From positions 1,255-65,254 of the forward strand of contig CAWUIO010000006.1 of the NCBI GenBank assembly GCA_963922455.1: a stretch of 64,000 nt of DNA, written 5' to 3'. A program made the position numbers and the translations under genes. This DNA is from an uncultured Microscillaceae bacterium. Lineage in GTDB: Bacteria > Bacteroidota > Bacteroidia > Cytophagales > Microscillaceae. Positions within the stretch are counted from its first letter, which is position 1, and each line of letters begins with the position of its first letter. This document shows, piece after piece, positions 9,686 to 18,673 of the stretch. The notes under the pieces are model-generated. The model saw only the letters and a list, made by a program, of their open reading frames with translations, was not told the DNA's origin and ran no database searches.

Positions 9686-10290
9686 TTGAAGCAGCTCACC
9701 TACCTAAAACCCAATCTCTTAAAATGGGAGGAGGTTCCAGAACCAATCCTTACTAAGGAAAATGATGCCTCAGTAAGTCCCTTTCTGGTGGCTAGGTGTG
9801 ATATAGATGCTGCATTTTTGAGAAGTGACATCTTCAAAAGGATCTCCATAGGTAGGTTTCTGGGCTTAGTAGGTACATCCCTATCCGATTTTGCCCGAAA
9901 AGATTTTTTAAAGGGCCCTTTTCCCTTTGGCCACGAATGCGTGGCCGAAATTGTTGCCTTAGAAAAAGGCGTGAGAAATTTTAAACTCCGGCAAAAAGTA
10001 ATCATCCCCTTTCAAATTTCCTGCGGTGTATGCCCTATTTGTGAATCGGGACTAAGCAGCCCATGCCAAGAAACGGGCAGCTTCAATATGTATAGCGGCA
10101 TTGGAAAACACGTGTCCCAAGGGGGCACCCTCTCCGATATTTTGAAAGTACCCTACGCCAATAAGATGCTCATTCCTGCCCCCATGACCTGAACCTTCAG
10201 GGCTTAGCCAGTGCCAGTGATAATTTACCCGATGCTTGGTACCGGGTGGCCCCTCATCTACTCCATTCTACAAATAAGTCAGTACTAATA
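9686..10290 (+). pseudogene. Zinc-type alcohol dehydrogenase family gene, frameshifted and 3'-truncated
   Basis: GroES-like N-terminal domain with GHECVAEI and a CGVCPIC zinc motif. The frame ends at 10192 and the protein continues in another frame (LASASDNLPDAWYRVAPHL), then stops. No Rossmann domain follows. Confidence 0.6.
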
Positions 10291-10322
10291 AAGAAGTCAT
10301 GCAATTGTGTGATATGAAATTT

Positions 10323-10433
10323 GTTTCAATCCTTGTTTTGGTGGAATAGGCTCGTGAATTTCGGACAAGCAAGCAATACTCGTCATCAGGATGGAGTTTC
10401 AATCCTTGTTTTGGTGGAATAGGCTCGTGAATT
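10323..10433. CRISPR. Orphan CRISPR-like mini-array (2 identical 38-nt repeats, 1 spacer of 35 nt)
   Basis: GTTTCAATCCTTGTTTTGGTGGAATAGGCTCGTGAATT occurs at 10323-10360 and 10396-10433. The 5' GTTTCAATCC is typical of CRISPR repeats. No cas genes are in the window. Confidence 0.4.
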
Positions 10434-10578
10434 CGGGCTCTCCCTCGATGGCTACTTCTTCGCTACCTATGACACTACTTGTAATTTTCTGATTTTCAGC
10501 ACTTTAAAAAAACACGAATTCAAGATTAATTACCAGTTTGAAATGTCATTGCAAAGACTTGTGCGCCTGCGCATACCC

Positions 10579-10716
10579 CTTTAGGGATAGAGCGGCCTGT
10601 TTGAGCTCGTGGGGGCTTGTGCGTCATGGCAGCGAGTAGCGATAGCCCGGCCCGCGCAGGCACATAGGTTCACGGGATACCCCTTGATCTTGCGCGGGCA
10701 AGCCCCTCTTTTTATT
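10579..10716 (+). repeat. Family-1 dispersed repeat, copy 3 (forward)
   Basis: TTAGGGATAGAGCGGCCTGTTTGAGCTCGTGGGGG...GCCCGGCCCGCGC, then a 34-nt unique segment, then GCGCGGGCAAGCCCC. Confidence 0.85.
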
Positions 10717-10784
10717 TTTTTTTACAATTCACAAAGGACTGATTCGGAAAGATTTCTTATTTTTAAGAAAGAATATCCTATTCC

Positions 10785-11543
10785 TTGAAGCGACGAAAAT
10801 TTACCCATACCCTCCTCCAAAGTATTAGCTCTTATGCCCTGCTAGACAGTCTTTTTCTGCACCAAGCTTGGGGGAAAGCCCTGGATCCTTTGGCCAAGCA
10901 TTGGGCGGTGGCCCTGCACGAATATTGCCAGGATTTGAAGACGCAATCTATTTCATTGCCGGAGTGGCAAGCCCAGGTAGAAGGCTTGTACCGGCAAGTA
11001 AATATGGCCGATATCTTGAAGTTTATAGATTTTGACCGCTTACAAAAGGGGTTTAGCTATCCCGATTTGGGCGTGGCTACCCGCTAAGTGGTTTTCCCGA
11101 AGCTCCAGGGCCTCCCTCCCCAAACGGCTTTTTTTAAGAAGATTTTTGGCATGCAAAAAAACCGGGCGATCATCCCCCACGGGCACAGCCATATGGTCTC
11201 GGCCCATTTGATTTTGAAGGGCACCATGCACTTGCGCGATTATGACCGCCTGGCCATGGAAGACCAGCATATGATTATCCGGCCTACAGTAGATAAAATG
11301 ATGCGCCCCGGCTCGGCCTCTTCTATTTCGGATGATAAAAACAATGTTCATTGGTTTATTGCCAGCTCCCCCACGGCCTTTACATTTGATGTGATTATGA
11401 CCGACCTCCAAGAAAAGCCTTATGACATCCATAACTTAGATATCGAGAAGAAGGAAAAACGGGGCGATGGCACCTTGAGGGTACCCTTGATGGATGTAAA
11501 AGCTGCCCTAGCCAAGTATGGTAAAGAAAGTCATCACGACTAG
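10785..11543 (+). pseudogene. Tat-signal (RRKF) exported protein with cupin-like C-terminal half, interrupted by one in-frame TAA
   Basis: ORFs 10785-11087 and 11088-11543 are in the same frame, separated only by TAA at 11085-11087. The N-terminus MKRRKFTHTLL is twin-arginine-like. Confidence 0.5.
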
Positions 11544-11596
11544 GTAAGCCCGTCTTTGCTGAGGATAAATGCCCAAAAGCCCCTATTTTTGCGGCT

Positions 11597-12075
11597 ATGG
11601 ATGGAAAAAAAGTCTTTTTGCGGGAGCTGAACATACCGACCCAGCTGTTTCGGCAAGGGATTATCGCACTTATTCTGGGGACTTTTTTGGCTTTTATCCT
11701 AATCACCCTTCACCCTCGGGATACGTACACCTCTGATATACCCTATAAAAATCTCAAACTGGCCGCTTCAAAAACCCCTCCCCTACTTTTAGAAATCAAA
11801 GGACAAAATAAACCGGATGTGTTATGCATAAGGCTTGAACAATTCCTTATGGCTCAATCCCAACAAAACTATACGGAGATCGACCATTGGGACGGATCGG
11901 GAAGCCTCCAAAAGCCCCGGCCCCGCCTTTCCCTTAAGTCAACTTAAAAAGCAAATCCCCGGGATCTGGCAAGTCCACCGCTCCTATCTGATAAGCCCTT
12001 TGCATTTGGACAAGGTGGAGGGGAATGCCTGCAAGCGAATTATTCGCCTAAAAGGGCTGGAAGAAGAGATCTCAC
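11597..12075 (+). pseudogene. Membrane-anchored LytTR-domain protein, frameshifted
   Basis: A transmembrane segment and the first LytTR half (QNYTEIDHWDG) lie in one frame. The second half (LSQLKKQIPGIWQVHRSYLISPLHLDKVEG) lies in the frame of ORF 11835-12209. Confidence 0.55.
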
Positions 12076-12288
12076 TTTCACCTGGGTACTTGGGTAGGCA
12101 GTCCGACGGCAGGCGCTATGTTGAGTGGCAAGTTTTTTCCCCTAAGCGAGGAGTTAGGTTTGTTTCTCCCCGCAGCCGATTACTTTACGGCCCACGGCAA
12201 GCGCATTGATAAAGTGGGAGTTCATCCCGATTATGAAGTAGAACCTGCCCAAGCTTTAGAATACGTTTTGGAAAAGCTAATTCCTTAA
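12076..12288 (+). pseudogene. C-terminal fragment of an S41 (C-terminal processing) peptidase
   Basis: The third frame reads ...VGSPTAGAMLSGKFFPLSEELGLFLPAADYFTAHGKRIDKVGVHPDYEVEP...*, which is the typical end of the S41 catalytic domain. There is no N-terminal part. Confidence 0.55.
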
Positions 12289-12299
12289 TGGAAACAAGT

Positions 12300-12410
12300 G
12301 GGGCTTCCCCCGCTCCCCCCAAAGCGGGGGAGCGGGGTCGGGCTCTCGCTACTCGCTGCCTTTCCCCCCAGGCCCCTACGAGCTCAAACAGGCCGCTCCA
12401 TCCCTAAGCC
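12300..12410 (-). repeat. Family-1 dispersed repeat, copy 4 (reverse), short-cassette variant
   Basis: The conserved module is intact. The unique segment is replaced by a perfect 12-bp hairpin, CCCCGCTCCCCC-caaagc-GGGGGAGCGGGG. Confidence 0.9.
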
Positions 12411-12524
12411 ATCAGAAAGCCAAAATCTTCATAATAATCTACCTCAGGTTCTTTATGTCCATGGTTTTACTTAATTTTAGTAAAGATTATCTCTATTTTT
12501 CTTTTAGCTGGTAAGACTTTAAGG

Positions 12525-13349
12525 ATGATTTTTGAAAAGCTAGCACATAAGGCATTTGGGTTTAGTTTTGCGTATTTATTCCTATTGGTAGAACATACGG
12601 CCCTGATCGCCCAAGCCAAAACCCCGAGCATGATTTTGGGCGAGCCCAGGCCCGAAGAAATGGTGTATACGTCCCTATCAGAAGCCCAGTCGAAAGGGAT
12701 GGAGGTTTACAAGCTGCGCCTCGATTATCAAAGCAATGCCCCCTTGGCAGAGGTTGCCTGGGAACGCTTTCGTAATTTGCGCAGCCTTTCCTTGCGTCAC
12801 TGTCGTTTGAGCTCCCTCCCCCTCTCCATGGGACAGTTGCCTCGATTGGAAGTACTCAACCTGGGCAGCAACCCTGAGCTAGACGGGGTGGCTTTGCTGG
12901 AAGTACTCCGCCACCTGCCCCAACTCCGCCACTTGATTGTAGACTCTTGTGCTTTGCGCTACTTACCCGAAACAATTAGCCGGCTCTTGCCGCTCCGAGA
13001 GCTCAATGTCCACGGTAATCGCTTGTACGAATTGCCCGCGAGCCTATGGGAGATGCCCCACTTACAAAACTTGGATGCTTCGGGCAATTTGATCCAAAAT
13101 CTACGCTTGCCTGGTGAAGTTCAGGCTCCACTCCGCCGGGTGGAGCTTTCCGTGAACTTGCTCGATGGTATCCCGGGGGCCCTTTTGGCTTGTCCAAGCT
13201 TGGAAAAGCTGTACCTGGATTATACAAATATTCGGGAGCTGGGAGATTCGGTACCCGCTCGGGACAGGCCCCTCCAAGTGTTTCTTCGGGGAAATGATCT
13301 GCGGGGTACATTCCCCCCATCGGCTAGCGTAATTTGGCAGGTGGAGTGA
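12525..13349 (+). CDS. Secreted leucine-rich repeat (LRR) protein
   Basis: Signal peptide followed by about 8 units of LxxLxLxxNxLxxLP (LRSLSLRHCRLSSLP, LEVLNLGSNP, LRELNVHGNRLYELP and others). Confidence 0.85.
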   Translation: MIFEKLAHKAFGFSFAYLFLLVEHTALIAQAKTPSMILGEPRPEEMVYTSLSEAQSKGMEVYKLRLDYQSNAPLAEVAWERFRNLRSLSLRHCRLSSLPLSMGQLPRLEVLNLGSNPELDGVALLEVLRHLPQLRHLIVDSCALRYLPETISRLLPLRELNVHGNRLYELPASLWEMPHLQNLDASGNLIQNLRLPGEVQAPLRRVELSVNLLDGIPGALLACPSLEKLYLDYTNIRELGDSVPARDRPLQVFLRGNDLRGTFPPSASVIWQVE

Positions 13350-13424
13350 GAATTTCACAGGAAGGTTTTTAGGTCTTTTTTTTCCAAGATGCTTCAAGAT
13401 TTGAAAAAAACCTGCTGAATTCAA

Positions 13425-13555
13425 GGCTTAGGGATGGAACGGCATGTTTGAGCTCGTGTAGGCCCGGCGGGGAAAGGCAGCGAGTAGTGAGAGCCCGACC
13501 CGCGCGGACAGATTTTTTCTATGAAAAACTTTTGGGAATCGCGCGGGGAAGCCCC
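13425..13555 (+). repeat. Family-1 dispersed repeat, copy 5 (forward)
   Basis: GGCTTAGGGATGGAACGGCATGTTTGAGCTCGTG...GCCCGACCCGCGC, then a 35-nt unique segment, then GCGCGGGGAAGCCCC. Confidence 0.9.
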
Positions 13556-13698
13556 TGATTATTTTTCTAAAATATAGCCGCCGAGCCTATCATAGCCACC
13601 CAACATGGGGCCGTCCTTCCTCTAGAATGTCTGGGGCAAGCCCTATATTTTCTGGCAAAATGCTTATTTTTACCCTTATTATTCCGTTGAAATTCTCC

Positions 13699-14364
13699 AT
13701 GAAACTCAGCTTAACTGAAGAAGATTACCTGAAAGTGATCTACTATCTTTCAGACCCAAATTTGGACAAAGGCATCAGCACCAGTGAAATCGCCAAGAAA
13801 ATTGACTTAAGTGCCGCTTCGGTGAGCGATATGATCAAAAAGCTGTCGCTGAAAGGCATGATTAATTATGTAAAGTACCAAGGGGTCACCCTCACCGAGG
13901 CTGGGAGGGAGCAAGCCATTCATTTGATCCGCAAACACCGGCTCTGGGAGACTTTTTTGGTGGAAAAATTAAAATTTTCTTGGGACGAAGTGCACGATAT
14001 CGCGGAGCAATTAGAACACATCCACTCCCACAAGCTCACCCAACGCCTGGATGAATTTTTAGACTACCCCGAGTATGACCCCCACGGAGACCCCATCCCC
14101 AATGAAAAGGGAGAAATTGTCAAACGAAAGCGGGTGAGTTTGAAAAACTCCCCTTTGAACCAGTCGCTCAAGGTGATTGCCGTAGAAGAAAATTCTCCCC
14201 TCTTCTTGAAACATCTGAGCAAACTACGAGTGAATATCGGGACCCAAATCCAGGTTTTAGAAAAGATTGAGTACGATGAGTCTTTGGAAATTCAGATAGA
14301 CCAAGAGCGGGTGCTGATGGTTTCCAAAGATGTCGCCGAAAATATTTACGTAAGCAAGATTTAA
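13699..14364 (+). CDS. DtxR/MntR-family metal-dependent transcriptional repressor with C-terminal FeoA/SH3-like domain
   Basis: LTEEDYLKVIYYL...TSEIAKKIDLSAASVSDMIKKL is the HTH and HRLWETFL is the dimerization helix. Start moved to the ATG at 13699. Confidence 0.85.
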   Translation: MKLSLTEEDYLKVIYYLSDPNLDKGISTSEIAKKIDLSAASVSDMIKKLSLKGMINYVKYQGVTLTEAGREQAIHLIRKHRLWETFLVEKLKFSWDEVHDIAEQLEHIHSHKLTQRLDEFLDYPEYDPHGDPIPNEKGEIVKRKRVSLKNSPLNQSLKVIAVEENSPLFLKHLSKLRVNIGTQIQVLEKIEYDESLEIQIDQERVLMVSKDVAENIYVSKI

Positions 14365-14389
14365 ATATAGCCCTCCGGGAAAATCCGCT

Positions 14390-15778
14390 ATGCAACATGC
14401 TGCCGCTTATCTCCAAAAAGAAGATACCATTTTGGCCCTTTCTACCCCACCTGGGGTGGGGGCTTTGGCTTTGATCCGGCTATCGGGCAAGGAAGCCCTG
14501 AGGGCTTGCGATGCCATTTTTTACGGAAAGAAGCTAGCCGAGCAAGCCAGTCATACCTTGCACTTTGGGCAAATCCGTCGGAAAGATGGGCAAGTCTTGG
14601 ATGAAGTCGTGGTGGGCCTCTACCGGGGGCCCCGCTCTTATACCCGGGAAGATACCCTAGAAATTTCCTGTCACGCCTCGGAGTATATCATTCAGGAGCT
14701 CATGCAATTGCTTCTGGATCAAGGGCTTCGCTTGGCCGAGCCGGGAGAGTTTACCCAAAGGGCCTTCCTTAACGGACAGTTGGACCTGGCCCAAGCTGAG
14801 GCCGTAGCCGATTTGATTGCTTCCAACTCGGCCCGTTCTCACGAATTGGCCATGCAGCAAATGCGGGGGGGCTACTCTGAGCAGATCCGGAGTTTGCGGG
14901 AGCAGTTTATCAAGTTGGCCGCCCTCCTGGAGCTGGAACTGGACTTCTCGGAGGAGGATGTGGAGTTTGCCGACCGGACGGAGTTGAAGCGGCAGTTGGC
15001 AGCTTTGAGCCAACTAGTAGACTCGCTTTTGGATTCTTTCCGCCTGGGCAATGCCATCAAAAATGGGGTCCCGGTCGCCATTGCCGGCCGGCCCAATGCC
15101 GGGAAATCTACCCTGCTCAATGCGCTATTGCAAGATGACAAGGCCCTGGTCTCCGACATCCCGGGCACCACCCGGGACAGTATCGAGGATGAACGCATCA
15201 TCGAGGGCATCCGCTTTCGCTTTATCGATACGGCCGGTTTGCGTAACACCGAAGATGTGGTGGAGCAAATGGGCATCGCCCGCAGTAAAGAGAAAATTGC
15301 CGCTTCCTCCCTCCTGCTCTATCTGTTTGATGCGTCCCAGACTTCCCCCGAATTACTCGAGGCCGAGATCCAAGAAGTAAAGGCTTTCAACACCCCTTAC
15401 CTCTTGTTGGGAAACAAGTTGGATTTGCTGAGTAGAGAGCAAAGCGCGGAATTTGAATCTTTTGAAAATCTTTTGTTGATTTCGGCCCTGGAACAAGCCG
15501 AATTGGATCAATTGGAAAAGGCCCTCCTCCGGCATGTGCAAGAGGCCGTCCCTTCGGAGCAGTCGGTCATCGTGAGTAATTTGCGGCACTATGAGAGTTT
15601 ACAAAATACCCAGCGGGCCCTCCAACTCGTGGAGGAGGCGATGGCCCAGGGACTTTCTACCGAGCTGGTGGCGAGCGATATTCGGGAGGCGGTTTATCAT
15701 CTGGGCTCGATTACTGGTGAGGTCACAAATGAGGATTTGTTGGATTTTATCTTTAGGGAGTTTTGTATTGGGAAGTGA
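14390..15778 (+). CDS. mnmE: tRNA modification GTPase MnmE
   Basis: N-terminal DTILALSTPPGVGALALIRLSG, G-domain GRPNAGKSTLLNAL/DTAG, and the canonical C-terminal FCIGK. Confidence 0.95.
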   Translation: MQHAAAYLQKEDTILALSTPPGVGALALIRLSGKEALRACDAIFYGKKLAEQASHTLHFGQIRRKDGQVLDEVVVGLYRGPRSYTREDTLEISCHASEYIIQELMQLLLDQGLRLAEPGEFTQRAFLNGQLDLAQAEAVADLIASNSARSHELAMQQMRGGYSEQIRSLREQFIKLAALLELELDFSEEDVEFADRTELKRQLAALSQLVDSLLDSFRLGNAIKNGVPVAIAGRPNAGKSTLLNALLQDDKALVSDIPGTTRDSIEDERIIEGIRFRFIDTAGLRNTEDVVEQMGIARSKEKIAASSLLLYLFDASQTSPELLEAEIQEVKAFNTPYLLLGNKLDLLSREQSAEFESFENLLLISALEQAELDQLEKALLRHVQEAVPSEQSVIVSNLRHYESLQNTQRALQLVEEAMAQGLSTELVASDIREAVYHLGSITGEVTNEDLLDFIFREFCIGK

Positions 15779-15905
15779 ATACAAGCCATTCAGGTTCTGG
15801 CTGGTTTGCGGTAAAGTAGCCTATCGGCTAGCCGTTCTGATAACTGTTATCTATTGAAAAGTTCGGGATGCCCCTTTGGAAAGTACACACATCAAGGGGA
15901 AACCT

Positions 15906-16036
15906 GGAGCTTGCCCGCGCCAGAAAGTTAAGTTTTCTAACAAACATAGAGCGGCGGGCGCGGGCCGGGCTCTCGCTACTCGCCTGCCCCCCGCTAGGCC
16001 CTTTCGGGCTCAAACAGGCCGCTCCATCCCTAAGCC
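15906..16036 (-). repeat. Family-1 dispersed repeat, copy 6 (reverse)
   Basis: GAGCTTGCCCGCGC, then a 37-nt unique segment, then GCGCGGGCCGGGCTCTCGCTACTCGCCTGCC...CTCAAACAGGCCGCTCCATCCCTAAGCC. Confidence 0.9.
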
Positions 16037-16181
16037 TAAGAAGAAGAGAGAGCAGTGAACAGAGATTTGGGTTATGGAGCCGGGAACCCCATCAGTACAA
16101 AATTAGCTTCGCTGGGCCCTCCTTGCTCGCTGCTAAACCAAGGGGCACTGAAAGGCTTGCTCGTTCACCCGCTAATTCGCG

Positions 16182-16297
16182 GCAAGCTAGCCTCAGGGCT
16201 GAAAGCGGGGACGCTTTCGGTAAAAGAAAAGGTCCAAGGACCGCGGCGCTTATCCTTGAACCAGATCAATTTTCTACATGCTTGGACTATATGGGGG
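16182..16297 (+). repeat. Family-2 117-bp hairpin-rich repeat, left copy
   Basis: GCAAGCTAGCCTCAGGGCTGAAAGCGGGGACGCTTTCGGTAAAAGAAAAGGTCCAAGGACCGCGGCG...CTTGGACTATATGGGGG. A near-identical direct copy lies at 20948-21064. Confidence 0.9.
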
Positions 16298-16686
16298 CTA
16301 AGGACTTAAAGAAAATCTATCAAGCGGATAGAAAAGAACAAGCAGAGGCAGCTTTACTAGAAGTAGAAGAAACCTGGGGAGCCAAATACCCCCATATCTT
16401 CAAGAGCTGGACGGAAAACTGGGAAACCTTATCTATTTTTTTTGATTTTCCCTCCGAGATCCGAAAAATGATTTATACCACCAATGTGATTGAAAATGTC
16501 AATCGGGTCATTAGAAAGTATACCAAAGGAAAAACTATATTTCCCAGTGATCAGGCGGTCACCAAATCGGTATATCTAGCTTTACAGCGTCTGAGTGAAA
16601 AATGGACGATGCCGCTAAGAAATTGGCAAAAAATTATTGCCCAGTTGGCTATACTCTATCCGGATAAAATTAAACTTGATATTTAA
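16291..16686 (+). mobile_element. IS256-family transposase, C-terminal third only (remnant)
   Basis: WGAKYPHIFKSWTENWETLSIFFDFPSEIRKMIYTTNVIENVNRVIRKYTK...KWTMPLRNWQKIIAQLAILY matches the conserved C-terminus of IS256/mutator-type transposases. The DDE core is absent. Confidence 0.8.
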
Positions 16687-16752
16687 CCATGTTTTTACAG
16701 ACTTTATGAAACATTATCCTGCTCATCGAACTGCTAGCTCTAGATTGAAAAA

Positions 16753-16770
16753 GCCCCGCATTCGCGAGGC
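16753..16770. terminator. Putative bidirectional terminator hairpin
   Basis: AAAAA-GCCCCGC-attc-GCGAGGC-TTTTATTTT, lying between the convergent IS remnant and the last immunity gene. The stem has one mismatch. Confidence 0.4.
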
Positions 16771-16781
16771 TTTTATTTTAA

Positions 16782-17201
16782 TTAATAGGTGTTTTTATCT
16801 AATTCAGAGTCAATTTTTGCTTCTAAAAATTCAACAGTAGCTACTTCCTTCTTATCCGGCTTTGGTCTGATTTTAATATCAAATACTTGTCCCATTGCCA
16901 TATGAATTTCACTTGTATACTTTACTCCTCCCATTTTGTATTTCACGTATGCCAATCGAAACTCTTCTGTTCTACCAAACAATTGCTTCTTTGGAATAAT
17001 CCCATATTGTTCAGGGTACATCTCTGTAACAAGGTCATTTTTATATTCTATCCTCTTTATTAGAGTCAAATACTTTAGCTGCTCCTTTACTAATAAAGAT
17101 TGATGTTCTGGTAGCTGCGAAATCAAATATTCAAAAACAGATTTTTCCAGATAAGTTAATTCACCTTTTTGAGGGTCCTTTATTCTCTTTTTCCAAAACA
17201 T
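16782..17201 (-). CDS. Putative immunity protein I4 (cognate to orphan tip T4)
   Basis: ATG lies 4 nt after the T4 stop. Small, AT-rich, with no signal peptide. The call is positional. Confidence 0.5.
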   Translation of the reverse strand: MFWKKRIKDPQKGELTYLEKSVFEYLISQLPEHQSLLVKEQLKYLTLIKRIEYKNDLVTEMYPEQYGIIPKKQLFGRTEEFRLAYVKYKMGGVKYTSEIHMAMGQVFDIKIRPKPDKKEVATVEFLEAKIDSELDKNTY

Positions 17202-17205
17202 AGGC

Positions 17206-17541
17206 CTACCTTCCAAACATGTTATAATTTAAATCGCCTCCTGGTACAAGTCGAAGCTTAATTTCACAAGGCAAGCGCCTGTATCTAAATGGATCATGAC
17301 CAGCATGTCTCAACGTGTTTGTCTTAATAACATTGAGCCTATTATTAACCATCCAGTTTGGCAAATTGTACTTTCTTTGAGCCGCCTGTGTAATCCATCT
17401 ATGTGAGTATTCTACTCTGACAGGGAATTTGGTTCCGTAAAATTTATGTGGAGTTTTTAGCGTAATGTTTCCAATCAATCCACCACCACCGTTTGCAGCT
17501 TTGAATTGAGAGAATGTCTTACCCCCCCTAGCGGCTACACT
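17206..17541 (-). CDS. Orphan toxin C-terminal module T4 (no own start codon)
   Basis: The frame opens right after the I3 stop and reads SVAARGGKTFSQFKAANGGGGLIGNITLK.... It begins with the shared junction GCCGCTAGGGGGG. Confidence 0.5.
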   Translation of the reverse strand, partial: SVAARGGKTFSQFKAANGGGGLIGNITLKTPHKFYGTKFPVRVEYSHRWITQAAQRKYNLPNWMVNNRLNVIKTNTLRHAGHDPFRYRRLPCEIKLRLVPGGDLNYNMFGR

Positions 17542-17546
17542 CTATT

Positions 17547-17852
17547 CTATTCCATACATTTTTTATACTTCAAAATCTCATCTTTCAAATTACCCTTACA
17601 TATTTCTATTTTGACCCCATTAATTTTATCAAACCCATGAGATTTTGCATCAAAATATAAAGCCACATTTTCAAAGAAGTATTCAAAACTTTCAAAATTT
17701 TTCTGTTCAAAGAGGTCTACTTCTTTGCGTTTGTTTGCATCATCTATGTACCAGTCTGGTCCTGATACACTAAAACCATGATTTACATTATCGTTTAACA
17801 AGGCTTGCTCTAAAGCTGGTATATACTGGTGAAAAAACTCTTTTTCATTCAT
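17547..17852 (-). CDS. Putative immunity protein I3
   Basis: 101 aa. ATG lies 11 nt after the T3 stop. Acidic, cytoplasmic-looking protein. Confidence 0.5.
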   Translation of the reverse strand: MNEKEFFHQYIPALEQALLNDNVNHGFSVSGPDWYIDDANKRKEVDLFEQKNFESFEYFFENVALYFDAKSHGFDKINGVKIEICKGNLKDEILKYKKCME

Positions 17853-17863
17853 AACCGATCAGT

Positions 17864-18145
17864 TTAAAATCTATCCCAAAAACTTTTGTCATTCCATCCT
17901 TTTTCCCACGGTCTGTGTCTATGAAGATTATTTCCTCTACCTCTATGATAGTGAAGGAGTTTTTTGTTTTGTAAAGGCTTAGGAATAGTCATAGAATTAC
18001 TTGCTTTAGAGGCTTGTCCTAATTTATGAAAATCTAACCTTGGTTTTGCTCCATAACCAGAACCTTTAGAAATTGTAAAACCATTTATCTTTCCGCCACT
18101 GGCTCGTAACCATTTGAATTGAGGTACCCACTTAGCGGCGTTATT
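17864..18145 (-). CDS. Orphan toxin C-terminal module T3 (absent from the ORF track because it has no start codon)
   Basis: My own translation is NNAAKWVPQFKWLRASGGKINGF...KKLLHYHRGRGNNLHRHRPWEKGWNDKSFWDRF*. It has a degenerate junction GCCGCTAAGTGGG and shares the HYHxGRG motif with T2. Confidence 0.45.
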   Translation of the reverse strand, partial: NNAAKWVPQFKWLRASGGKINGFTISKGSGYGAKPRLDFHKLGQASKASNSMTIPKPLQNKKLLHYHRGRGNNLHRHRPWEKGWNDKSFWDRF

Positions 18146-18668
18146 TTATCTCCTCTAGCAATAACAAGTTATTTTCATAGTCATCAATAGATAAATTATA
18201 CTTAGGGCTAGTAGATAGCTCTCCGGTTATTAAACATTCAATTTTCTTTGTACTCTGATCGAAATAGAAGAAACCTGAAGACAAAAGCAACTCATCGTTA
18301 CAATAAAACTCGATTTGCACCAAATACTTTGCTGCATTGAATAGATTGATTCCTTTCCTCTTCCAGCCATATATCTTGATTTCCGATATTGCTTTATTCT
18401 CAAATTTTGAAATGGGTTTTTCAGAATATCTGTTCTTTTCAAATTTTAAATCTAAATTTCCTTCACCATAAAAATGAGGAATATCATCTGTGGTAATTTC
18501 TACTGTCTGATCATCCGAGAAATATATCCTTAGCTCTTCCCCAAATAGTGTGCTTTCGTTTTCATCATCTAAAATCTGACCATCCACACTAACAGCTAAT
18601 ATTAATCTTTGAAGTAATGGTTTTAGCTGTTTTGAGATTTTATCTATAATCTTTTCCATAAGCTCCAC
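18141..18668 (-). CDS. Putative immunity protein I2
   Basis: 175 aa. ATG lies 5 nt after the T2 stop. Confidence 0.5.
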   Translation of the reverse strand: MELMEKIIDKISKQLKPLLQRLILAVSVDGQILDDENESTLFGEELRIYFSDDQTVEITTDDIPHFYGEGNLDLKFEKNRYSEKPISKFENKAISEIKIYGWKRKGINLFNAAKYLVQIEFYCNDELLLSSGFFYFDQSTKKIECLITGELSTSPKYNLSIDDYENNLLLLEEIK

Positions 18669-18673
18669 TTAAT

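Noticed and set aside
10469-10506. A third CRISPR repeat.
   Set aside because: Only about 15 of 37 positions match, mostly in the 5' half. It is kept as a remark on a possible degenerate terminal repeat, not as a feature.
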